From positions 1,302,001 through 1,366,000 of the forward strand of contig CM074807.1 of NCBI GenBank assembly GCA_037447605.1: a stretch of DNA of 64,000 nucleotides, read 5' to 3'. Of this stretch, positions 1 through 11,958 are shown piece by piece. The notes beneath the pieces are model-generated. The model was given only the letters and a program-made list of their open reading frames with translations, ran no database searches and was not told the DNA's origin. Within the stretch, counting starts at the first letter, position 1; each line of letters opens with the position of its first letter. The DNA is from Zygnema circumcarinatum SAG 698-1b. Its lineage: Eukaryota; Plantae; Zygnematophyceae. Made by a program: the position numbers and the translations under genes.

Positions 1-3000
1 TGTCATTCTTCACTTGCTGGACATTCCTCCGGCTGCCGAGGCTCTCGAGGGTGTAAGAATGGAGCTGGTCGATGCAGCATTTCCACTTCTTCAAGGTGAT
101 TACAGCTGGTGGCTAGGCCAAATTTTTCCACACTTTCGTTTTTCAGCCATATTTTAAGCAGGAAAAGGTGATTAAGCTCGTTGATCCAGTGGAAATGAGT
201 ATACTGTGTGTTTCTCTTTTGTGATCCGTCTGTGGTGGTTGGATTTTTTTTAGTGTTTGTCAAAAATAACACCCGCTACTGTGAGCTGTTGTTTTTTCTC
301 CAGGAGTTCTTGCCACCACGGATGTTGCTGCGGCCTGCAAAGGTGTGAAGATTGCAGTGATGGTGGGAGGGTTTCCCAGAAAGGAGGGAATGGAGAGGAA
401 GGACGTCATGTCGAAGAATGTTTCTATCTATAAGAGTCAGGCTGCTGCACTGGAGGAGAACGCAGATAAAGACGTCAAGGTATAACCGTTCAGCTGCAAG
501 CATCGTGTTTATCTCCTTGGCAGTTGTCTCATTGGCGTGCCGATCCATTGGGTTTGTTGGTCGTGCTAAGGCCTTTTTGAGATTCATAGAAGTCTTTTCG
601 GATAGAGATACTACCTCCACTGCTTTCAGACTTTCCTTATGATATGTTAATAGATCTGAAACAATTGAACTAAAACTCCCGTTCTTGCACATTTTGTTTG
701 TATTTTTCCTCGCCCTCAGGTGGTCGTTGTGGCTAATCCAGCAAACACCAATGCCCTCATTCTGAAGGAGTTCGCCCCAAAGATAGATGCAAAGAATATT
801 TCTGCCCTTACAAGGTTGGACCACAACAGGGCCCTTGGTCAGGTTTCAGAGAGGACAGGCATTCCCGTGTCCAAGGTCAGGAACACTATCATTTGGGGAA
901 ATCACTCGTCAACTCAGTATCCTGATGTCAACCACGCCACAGTTCTGACCGAGGAGGGTTGGAAGCCTGTTCGAGAAGTCGTGAAAGATGACGATTGGTA
1001 CTACTTCTCACAATTGCGCTATTGTTTCTGCCTTTGTTCCTTTTGTTGCTCTAAAAGAGATTAACTTAATATTATTGGGCTTTTTTGCTTTTTTTGTTTC
1101 ATGCTTGTTGCAGAACTGGCAATTTATTCTTATATTCTTATTCGTTTGAACTGATGAATGTGCAATAGAAGAATCCACTATTAAGTTTACATTTGCAGAA
1201 GAAAATGCGGCTGTCAATTAAAAGGATTCTTTATTTCTGGATGGTTGTGTGCGCAGGCTTAATGGAGAGTTCATCAAGACTGTGCAGCAAAGGGGTGCAG
1301 CCATCATTAAGGCTCGCAAGCTGTCCAGTGCCCTGTCTGCCGCCAGCTCAGCTTGCGACCACATTCGCGACTGGGTTCTCGGAACCCCAGAAGTATGTGC
1401 AAGCGTCACAGGGAGCTTTGGATGGGTCAAGCCTTAGTGTTTTCTCTCTAAAATTTTACTTGGAGTTTATTCTTGTTGTGTGAGCAAAGGGGACGAGCAT
1501 GGGATGTTGACAAAAACAGTATGGGCTTTAGGCTTTGGCTTTAAATTTTGTCTTTTGATCAATGTCTGTCTCACATGGCTTGCTCTGGTGAGTTGTCTAG
1601 GTCTACAGGGAAGGGTTGTTCGGAGTACATTCTTCAGAAAATATTCATGTGACTAAAGATTCTCTTAAGACTACCTAGTAGAATGTGATGATTATCAGGG
1701 CACTGAGGCGAATGCAGCTGTGATGAATAGTTCGTAAACGAAGTGAGGAAAAGCACGTTGTGGCCAACTGTCGTATTTTGCTGCACGGTAGCTGTGTGTG
1801 TGAGTGAACTTCTAGCGAGTACTGTATACTTTGTCAGCAGCCTCTCATTTGCTCAACAACTCTGTCTTGTGTGCAGGGGACTTGGGTGTCGATGGGAGTC
1901 ATCTCTGATGGGTCGTATGGAGCCCCTGTAGGCGTCAACTACTCCTTCCCGGTCACCTGTGCTAATGGAGAGTGGACAATTGTTCAAGGTAAGTGATACC
2001 TCTCAATCCCTTACATATCAGAACCTTTCAGGCCTTACTGTTTTCGTGATAAATTTTACTGTTAAGAATGGGCTTCGATGAAGCAAAAGTGGGTTTTTGT
2101 GGGCTTAATTATCGGCACTCTTTGCTGTAAGGAACGAGATTTAGTTTTTTATCCTAAACTAATCCCTCGTTAGCCGAAAGCCAATCGTGTCTTATTCATG
2201 TGTAAGTGAATGTTGACGAAGGTTTGGATGTCGTTGGATGTCGAGGTATTTAGATGATCGACCACCTTGGCTGAGGAACTGATAAAACCAGGAATTTAAC
2301 ACACTTGAACTGGCTTTCGAAGCGGGCTGATAGCTTAATCTTCACAGAATCGCAAGAGCATGCAGTGTCACTTTACTTGGACTGGCACCATGTTTTAGTA
2401 GCGTATTGTTCCGGCTAGTCCTGGCAATTGCTCTAGAACTATATTTAGACCATGGTTGACTGCAACTTTGTTTTTCATCAATTGTGCGGAGGTATATTCG
2501 TAAAAAAAAAATTTGTACAGAAGCCATCCAGCTCTAGTATTTAGTTTTGGCAGGCGATGTCATCAGTTAAGCATAAATGATGGGTTCGGTATAATTCACT
2601 TTCTTGAAGAAGAATGGCCGAGCAAGGCTGTAGCTTCAATGAATTCGCTTAATCTCTGGCATAAGGAGAGACTTTGCAGAGCCTGGCAGTTAGCTTTGAG
2701 CTGACTGACTTTTGCTTGCTTGTTTTTGTGGCAATGCGGTAGCAGGTCTCTAAAGTCATCCTGTTTGCATCCCAGGGTCGAGTCTTAGTGCCATTTTCTT
2801 AGCATATTAGGTTCGTGCCGACTGCGATTGTGGCTGAGTAGGTCCTTGCCCTCTGCGTTTACTTTATTGTCAGTTCGAATTGATGGTAATCCATTTAAGG
2901 GGCTTTAAATTGAATCGCTTTGAATGATGCAGGCCTTCCCATTGACGATAACTCACGAGCCAAGATGGATGCCACTGGAGCAGAGCTGGTGGAAGAGAAG

Positions 3001-3024
3001 GAGATGGCATACTCCTGTCTGTAG
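1..3024 (+). CDS. MDH: Cytosolic NAD-dependent malate dehydrogenase, 5'-partial, 6 visible exons (<1-95, 304-479, 720-997, 1257-1392, 1877-1988, 2933-3024)
   Basis: Spliced translation gives [154 protein letters not shown]. All introns are GT-AG and phase-compatible. Confidence 0.97.
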
Positions 3025-4766
3025 AGCCGAAATATTGTGTAGTTTTAGGAACGTCAAAGCTGAATGCTTTACGTGGTTTTGGGCTCGGAAGAGCATGAGA
3101 GATTCTGTAAAAAAACACGGGCGGTGTGCTCAATGGACAATGTGTGCATGCAATGTGCATCACAACCGTTCCAATGTACCATTTCAGTTGTCGTTGGCCA
3201 AGTAGGATTTCCCTCATTATCATCACCGTCGTACTTTGCAACTTCCTGCCATTCGGTGTTCCTGTGGTTGCTTCACACATGTGACTGCCTTCCGTGTTTG
3301 ACTTAGACAAGCAGGTTGTCCACAGAGCATTAGTAAATTATGAAGACGATGATGAATATTCTGATGTGATACGTAGATACGTGAGCTGCAAAATCAATGT
3401 AAACCCACGTGCCTTTCCATGTCTTCGCTGCACTGTACAAGGTGGTCGATGCAAAACGTCCGCTTGGCAAGAATAGCAAGCGAAGGACCGTCCCGCACAA
3501 ACCCCGTGGAGCAGGCGGCGACTCGTCTGGATTCCAGAGGACCCTCCTCACGCGCCCCCTTAGATCACCTCCAATCTCCTCGTCCTTAAGGAGAGCGAGC
3601 CAGCTGGGCGTCGGCGACGTTCACGGCCACGTTCTCCGGCGGCCGCTCAAGAGGGGCCGCGCCCGCCCGGGGGCCGCGGACCGCTCAGCCCCGTCAGTCG
3701 CTGGACCTACCGGTACGGTACTGTACTCCCAAAAATCGCGGCGCAAGAAATCGGTCCATGTGAAGGCTCCTCGATTTTAGGGTGTTCTAGCGATTGGGAT
3801 GGACTTGGACAATTGGCAATTGGCACGAGGGCATGGAATACGACCAGTAGTTCCTCGTGGTTCCCCATGCTGCTTTTGTCCATGTACATTTGAGGGCATC
3901 ATCGCCATCGTGAGATCAATGCCACATCCTCCCCTTTCATGGGGGCATGGTGGTCTTTGATACACCCCATCATCGTTGTCGATGAAGTGACGTCAGCATA
4001 TCCACGACAATACCGTATCCATGGCGTCATCGACTTTCACGAGCACAGGCCGCGGGCCAAACCGGGGATTCGTACGGACCAAGTTTGGCCACAAAAAAGG
4101 CGGTCCCAAAATTTCAGCGGGGCAGAGGAGCAACGTGTTTCACGGTTCTACGTTGTCCGTACAAAAATGTGTCCTGCCCGCTGTGCGAGGGCCGCCCTGA
4201 TATTTCACCGCGGGCGACCGCCACGTGGCAGCATGGAAACCACAAGCGAGGGGTAGCGCTATAAAACAAGAAACTGTACGAACATGTCGTGTTTTCAGAT
4301 GTTCGTACGGTACGAACCCCACTCGCCAGACAAAACGGACAAAAGAGCGTGCCGGATCGTCGTCGTCGTCTGGATTCTGGAAGGCTCCCCGCTGTACGGT
4401 ATAGCGCCGACACTGTACGGCCAATCGTCCGTACAGCAGCCCATTCAAGTTCGTACGACGCCTGGTCGGCCATGATTCGCCGACGGCTGTCTGGGCCTGC
4501 CCCCATTGGCCCCTCCAGCCACGTGGCCGCCCGGGACCGAAGTCGTCGGACAGAATTGAAACACTTTTATGCCCGGCTCTTTTTTTTTGCACACTCCGAC
4601 CAATGAGCGTACGCCGCGTGGAATTTGGGCAGAAAAATCCGCTGGTCGGGCAGGTCCAGCTGCCCGCGCCGAGTTTTCGCTGAAGCAGCCCCCAAGGGCT
4701 CTCTGGTCGGTACTTGGGTCCCGCAAGAAAAGGTCTCTGCTATCGCCCACATTCACCCCCCTCTAC

Positions 4767-4858
4767 CTCTCTCTCCCTCTTCCCCTCTCTCTGTCTCTGT
4801 CTCTCTCTCTTTCTCTCCCTCTCTCTCTCTCCCTGTCCTCGCGCTTCCTTTCTCTCTC
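4767..4858. repeat. (CT)n-rich microsatellite immediately upstream of the amidase ATG (5' UTR/promoter)
   Basis: Imperfect CT/CTC run ending a few nt before the ATG at 4862. Confidence 0.9.
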
Positions 4859-4861
4859 ACC

Positions 4862-6948
4862 ATGCCGCAGGGCTCCATCTCTTCGTCCAAGGACGCGGTG
4901 GGCGTGGCCGTGGTGAACTACAAGGTGCCGGTGTGCGAGTCGCGCGAAGACGTGCTCGCGAATTGCCAGCGCATCGCCGACAAGATCAAGGGCGCCAAGG
5001 CGGGCTACCCTGGGCTTGACCTCATCATTTTCCCGGAATACTCCACGCAGGTACGTCTCACTGCAGGCGCAGCACGTGGTCGTTTTTCCGAGCTGAAATT
5101 ATGTTAAAGTTTGTCTCACCGGATAAGCTTGCGTTTCTTTGCAAGCTCTGACAGTCGACAAGTCAATAAGTTTGGTCACCTTGTCCTCGCTGAGCCTCGG
5201 GTCCTTCTGATATTATAGCGAAAGAAGGCTTGGCTCGCCCACCCACCCCCCCCCCACCCTTCCCCCCCTCCCCATTTGGCCGGAAAAGATCTCATTCTTT
5301 TTTTGTGTTATGACGTGTGCAGGGATTTCATCCGACCAAGTGGGCGGAGTTCACCAGCACCATTGATGGACCGGAGGTTGCTATCTTCAAGGAGGCTTGC
5401 ATGTGAGCGCGTCAGAGTTTCCAAAGCTGCCCTTTACTCTCAGCTAGTCTGGCGTGATCAACAAGGAGAGAGATTTTTCTTCCCTGTTTCTAATGACGGC
5501 CGCCGTGTTGGTGCAGTGCCAATGGCGTGTGGGGCATCTTCTCCCTCACAGGAGAGAAGCATGAAACACCTGGCATGAACCCATACAACACCCTCATTAT
5601 GATTAGCGATAAGGGCGAGGTGGTGCTCAAGTGAGCTTCTGCCCCTCCAGAAAACATGCTGCTGGTGAAAAAAATGCTTCCACTTCACTCTCGTGGTCCT
5701 CCGCATTATCCTGACAGACCCACCATTTGCATTGTCCGTACAGATACCGCAAGATGTTCCCGTGGGTGCCCAAGGAGCCCTGGACTGCGGGCCATGAGAC
5801 TGCGGTTGCAGAGGGGCCGAAGGGGCTCATTGTGGGAGGGACAATCTGCTATGACTGCAACCTGCCAGAAATCTGCCGGGACACAGTCGCCAAGGGAGCA
5901 GAGCTTCTTGTGCGCATTCAGGTGAGCAGAAACGGTGTGAAGTGTTGTACTGCTCTGTTCATGAAAAGGATAATGCTTCCCTCCGGACATGGACTTTGGC
6001 TGTTGACTTGTTGCTAAGTAATGCTTCTTCTCGGATTGCCCCATCGTGCAGGGTTACATGTATCCCTCCATGGAGCAGCAGCGCATGGTGGCTCGCGTGC
6101 GTGCTTGGGAGAACAACTGTTATGTGGCAGTGGCTAACATGGCGGGGAGCGACCTCGTGTATTCTTACTTTGGTCATTCCAATATTGTGGACTTTGATGG
6201 GCATGTGCTCGCAGAGGCGGGCTTTGACGCGGACGCTTTGACTTATGCCACCCTCTCCCTCACTGCCATTCGCGATGCTCGCAGGTGGGTGTGTTACTTG
6301 GAGAGTTACCACAGCTTGTGCAGGATTAGGGCAGTGACCGGTCTATGGGTATCCCACTAATCGTTGAACAGAGGTTGGGAAAGATCTTCTTCACTTTTTC
6401 TGAATGTTTAGCTTTACTCATACGCTGTCTCGTTTCTCTGCAGGAACTGGACAGCTGAGAACCACTTGTACAATTTGGTGCACCGTGGATACACATCTGA
6501 ACCTGGGGGACATGCAGCCTGCCCTTTCGGTTTCTACAAGAACTGGGTGAACCAGCCGGAGGTAAGAGCTCGTCAAGCTCATAGAGCCCTATCTTCAAAA
6601 AGTGGAAAATCTGCACCTATTTTGGAACTGTGTAATCTACACCTGGTGGAACAGACGCCAGCAACGAGAGAGAGGGAGATGAAAGTCCTACCATTTAGAA
6701 GCTTTTACAATGTATTCGTGATTGATTGTGACAAGTGTGTAGAATGTGTAAGATAGACTCTGGTGGTCCTGACTGCTTGGAGTGTGCGGGGGCTGCAGGT
6801 TGCGAAGAGGACCATGGAGGCCCTCACTCGAGATGCGGACAGTCCAAAGTTGGCTTCTGGTAAAGATGTGGAGCCACCCCCTCAGAGCGCTCTGTGGAAG
6901 GCAGGAGGACCCTCTGCAGTCAAGGGGCCTTTGGCCAATGGCGCATAA
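4862..6948 (+). CDS. Nitrilase-superfamily aliphatic amidase (AmiE/AmiF-like), 7 exons (4862-5050, 5323-5402, 5517-5630, 5744-5921, 6052-6284, 6444-6561, 6799-6948)
   Basis: [32 protein letters not shown] (catalytic Glu), [25 protein letters not shown] (Lys), EGPKG..TICYD (Cys), [63 protein letters not shown]. Collinear with bacterial AmiE; GT-AG introns in matching phase. Confidence 0.95.
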
Positions 6949-6962
6949 GCTCCATTGCTGGC

Positions 6963-7032
6963 AGAGAGGAGAGAGGAAAGAGGAGAGAGAGAGGGGGGAG
7001 AGAGCGAGAGAGAGAGAGAGAGGGAAGGGGAG
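6963..7032. repeat. (GA)n-rich microsatellite in amidase 3' UTR
   Basis: agagaggagagaggaaagaggagagagagagggggagagagcgagagagagagagag just after the stop codon. Confidence 0.9.
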
Positions 7033-9377
7033 ATCACTCCCAATAGCCTTTTCAAGGATGTATTTATAAGTAGAGAATGGAAGAATTCATTATGAATAAC
7101 GGGTAATGGCTCCGTAGGGAGTATAGAATAGGCGTTACTGATCGAGCTCACCGAGCTATGTTTCTGGTGAGGCTGATCACATGCCTTCAGAAAAATATGC
7201 CTGCGGAGGATTCTCGCGGCATACAATCAATCTTCAAATGATTATTATAATGTCAACCATAGATTGAATATACTTTATTCTAGTTATTTGTTCTAGTGTC
7301 TGAAGTTTTCGATTGAGTGAAAAAACCAACACTCGTGCAGGGAACGCTATGTGCAGAGGTGAACCCTATGCGCCGGCTGTCGGCAAAGGTAGGGTCGCCC
7401 TAAAGCTAACCACTTTGAGCATTCAAGTTATGTTGCGAAGATTCCTAGCCGGAATCTCATTACCTAATCGACCTCAATTATTTTGGTGTTGAACAAATGG
7501 CTCTCCTTTCCTTGGTTCAAATGAATGTTGAGTTCAAAACTGCTTCAGCATTTGAACGATTAAAAATTTAGAACTGACGGCTCCATTATCTGAATCGTAA
7601 GCCGCGATATATCGGAACCAGTACAGGTGAGTGAGCTATTTGAACATCTGAAAGTTTTGAAGGAACTCTAACCCCGAATTGAAGCCAAAAAAAAAAAAAA
7701 ATCAAACCTCCGAATCGCATGTACAACCATGTTCCACGGAAGAGTCTCCCTTTATGCTATAAAACTCCAACTTCTAGCAAGCTGTTACCGAAGACGACAA
7801 AAGAAGACACTCAGTTTTTGACACGTGGCGGTGTACTGGACGAAAAGAACAGACAATGCGACGCGTGGAGGTGTGGCGGTGCGCGTGGAAGAAAACGACG
7901 AAAAAGGCAGGAGAATCGAACAATAACACGTGGCGCGGATCGAGGGAATGTACGGTAGGGCATGTCGTCATGATCAACGTGCGACCATGTCATGTCATGT
8001 CGAAAAGGAGGAGGAGCAAACTCGATGTCATCCCCAGCGTACATGCATGCCCGCATGGGAGCAGGGGGGGTCGGTTCAAGGGGATCCTTGTGGAAGCAGG
8101 CACGGCAGCCCTCCGCAGGCTTTGTAAAAAGAAAAAATCGCTTAGAGTGGGCGATGAGAGGGATGCACGAGCATAGCAAAGATTTGTTAGATCAAATAAA
8201 TGAAATGATTACGTATAACAGGTCGTTCGAGCAACAAATGTAAAATAACAGTAGCTTTAAGGTCAGTTGATAAATGGAACAATGGTCACTAGAAAAAACT
8301 CGCATTTTAGTTTTTAGATTTATTGTAGTGTAATGCATAGACGCGGGAGTGGGCGGTGCGAGTGTTGGTGATGGAAACAGACCAATCAGCCTCTGCTTCA
8401 TCCGGTCCATGTGGAAGAACTAACCCCTTACAAGAACGTCAAAAAAGCAAATGATGAATCTAAAAAAACCACACACAAGGTAAGGGCGAAGCATGAAGAG
8501 CAACAGCGGGCGCTTGCAGAACTCTGCAACCGACCTCAAGTTCCAGAGAAATTGCAGCCAACAAGTACATAGAAATACTGCTACTGCCCATCCCACGAGG
8601 ACCTTATTAATGGCAGGGGACCCTCCCTGTGCGTTCCAAGCACAGGGAGGCACAAACACAAGCAGCGCAGGCACTTCAAGTTGCATCTTCAGACGAGTTG
8701 CAAAACGAGTACGACCAGAGGTTCATTCAGAACGTATCTGAGTACGCCAAAGTCACATTGAAAGTTATTACATTTGACAGTCTTTGCTTCCTTCGCATAC
8801 CAGCCACCACAGAGGTGAAGCTTCACTAGAAACTTGGCCAGGACATGGGAGCCAACACCTTGCCGCGGCTTACCAAATATCTACAATGCGAAAGTCACAT
8901 TCAGAGACAAGCTGGAAATGTGCCAGTTCCTTCCCTTGAATGCTTACATGCCCCAAAAGGGCCTTGCCATGTCCTCCTCATATTAAACGACGAGAGCGGG
9001 CAGGGCAGGTTCTCAGTTGAACACCGGAAGCGAAGCTATTGTACACGTCATCGTGCTGCAGCCTCCCTACCAAAATCTGCCCCCTTGACCAGGTGAAAAT
9101 GACCCCCGGCAGCATCCTAGCAGCTGCCACAACCTAAAGTACCTTCCTTGTACACTTTGGGTCAGTGGTGGAGATTTGGGAACTAGTGCCATTACCAGCA
9201 TGCACTTCACATCCTGATGGGCCAATGTACAAACGTTCGTAACCCCCTCTTCGGGTGAGCTTCGTAACAGCCTAAAAAGAGAGCCCCGGGGGATACATTC
9301 CATAGGGTAGATATATCCTCTGCGCTCCATAGTGTGATAGGGCGGGCACACCAGTTTCAAAGGCTATTCCCTTACCT

Positions 9378-11926
9378 TCAGACTCCACGTTTGGTGCCTA
9401 TGTACCCGATACCCATCTGGAAAAAGGCAGCAGCTTGCAGAAAGGTCCACGCTGTTATGAAGATGCGTAGCCAGGATGCTTCCTCCTTGTACGCTACACT
9501 AAGTGAAGCAGAGATAAAAAGCAGCAAACTGCAAACTAGCTCTGCATTGTATATCCTGCATGGCACAAGCATGAAAATTCATATCAGTTTACATCAGGAG
9601 TTACCAGCGACCGCCACGGAAGAAAAAGTACTGACTATTCACGAATAGCATTCCCTTATCAAAAGCTATTTGCTTATTCACCTAAACAGGAATAATGCTT
9701 TTCAGGATCCCTCCAAATGCGACCAATAAATGAACTATATATCCAGCCGGCAGGAGCATCCACAACGTACCGTCCACTCCATCCCCCAAACAGGATGTGT
9801 TCCGCGTTCTTCATAGACCATGCATGGCTTCTCTGCAAATTTCCATCCTCTTCCAAAAGCCCGTTCGAAGGCTGAGGGGCATTTCCTTCTCCCAATGATT
9901 CTCCATCAAATTGAAGCACACCGTGGGATCTTTCTCTCGATCCTTCGGATTTGAAGTTTTCAGACGTTGGAAAGAGTGCCCGGGGGGATATCCACCCTCG
10001 CTGTCCAGGAGGTGCATTTTTAGCACTCACACTCCTGCATATCTGGAGGTATAATCGCGATATCCCGTTCTCAGGTTGTGCCGAATGGACCGTGGACGAC
10101 CCAAAAGGAGAGAATTGTCCGTTAGGAGCAGCCGAGGGGGGCATAGAACGTGAGCGTTTGAGAGCATAGTCAGGACTGGAAGCCATGGATGCTATAAAGC
10201 GTCTAATGCGCTGCATTTGAGCCGGAGCAAGTGCAATAATATGGTTAGCCACCCGAGCTGCTCCTGTTTTATGGGTGACTACCCACTCGTGAACACTTGA
10301 GAGATCAAACAGACCAGCAAAGATGGCCCGAAGTCGGAGGAGAGCCATACTGTTGGCAAAGAGGGCATATCCAGGCAAGAGGAGGATGTATCTGCAGCCA
10401 TGTCATAGCACGAGGGAGAAAGATAGAGGATGCTGAGATTGTTATGTTAGGCTCCGAATGGTTCAAATGGGTCCAAACTGCACATGGTTTCAGAGTGCAA
10501 GGTGTAAGTGGGCTGCAACATACTCGGGGGAGACGATGAAGAGGCAGACGTTATAGATGACCACATGGGCGATGAGACCGTAGGGAGGAAACTCGATAAG
10601 GGACTCCGGAAGAATAAGGGCGAGCGGAAATACTACTCCCACACTCAGGAAAATAACTGCTGATCGTAGGGCCTTCCGCAGGCCAATGAAGACAAACATC
10701 ACGTATAATTTATGCCAAAAGCGCATTTTCTGCACAACCCTCCCAAAGACTTCGTACTGGGGTGAGAATAATATCCGCACAAAGCTCCGGCCTAATGGGG
10801 AAGGTAACTCTAAACTTCAAAGCATCTCCCCTTCCCCCAAACTTTCAGCTAGTTAATGAGCTATAGGTTCATCCATCCGCCCATCCATCCATCCATCCAT
10901 CCATCTATTCATCCATCCAACATTACACACTCGTCGCTATAATATACTCAGTCACCAATTTACTTGTCCTGAAATCTGCAAAGTTTTCGGCCTAGAGGAT
11001 TACAACTGTTTTACCTTGGATGCCCAAATGGCTCCAATTCTCTTCTTGGCCAAGTCCACGGGGCCACTGCTCCATCGCCGCTGCTGCTTGCGGTATGCCT
11101 CACACGTGGCAGGGAGCTCGCTCGGACACTGCGACCAAAGTAACAAAATAAGTTTCATTATCTGGTGAAGCACGAAAAGCTTTCACGTTGGGGCAACATT
11201 TCAAATGAGACCGCTTAACTAACTAACAAATTCACACACTGTCGCAAGCAGAGGACTTGGTAATAGACCTTAATCACATGGCGGGGACGACAACTAGAGG
11301 TAGGTTTTACTCTAAAAGAGAAGTTTTACACTTTAACAGCATTCATTCATAAATTGGATTTATAACTCAAGAGCACGCTTCCAACGGCATCCTACAAACC
11401 ATTCATGGCCAACAATCTGGTTCACTCCTTCGCTCACTTAAAATTTCGACTATAAGCTAAATTAGAGTCGATTCCACAACGCCCAGCGGTATACAGGTAC
11501 ACTTGTACACGATATAAGCAGCATTTCTGTTTAGAACCTTCACGCACTCCTATCTAACGGGAGAAGTATACCAATGGTTTTCCAAAGAGGCGAGAGATTA
11601 TCGCATGAGGGACGAGACTGCCCTCACCATCTAGTTGGGGCAACGCAACGATTTCAGAAAAGTAGTTCAAGGGAGCACACAAGCATGTAGGAGGGCCTTG
11701 AGAAGGAAGGGCGCTGGAGGGTTCAGAAGTGTGAGGGTGAGTGAGGGAGTGTGAGGGAGGGAGTGGGAGTGTGACCGTGACATGCGGCAGGAAGAGGAAG
11801 TGCCATCCGAGCATGGTGGTGCAGAAGGCCATGTCCATGTCCTCCACAGTCGTGTCATCCCGCCAGTTGCCGGCCTCCATGATGGCAGCCAAACGCCAGA
11901 TTCCCGCTGTGCCTGAACCCCATCCC

Positions 11927-11958
<32 letters not shown>

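Noticed and set aside
3294-4756. Numerous overlapping Arg/Pro-rich ORFs, also throughout the LTRs and 15244-16966
   Set aside because: GC-rich non-coding or repeat sequence with no recognisable motifs. Treated as spurious.
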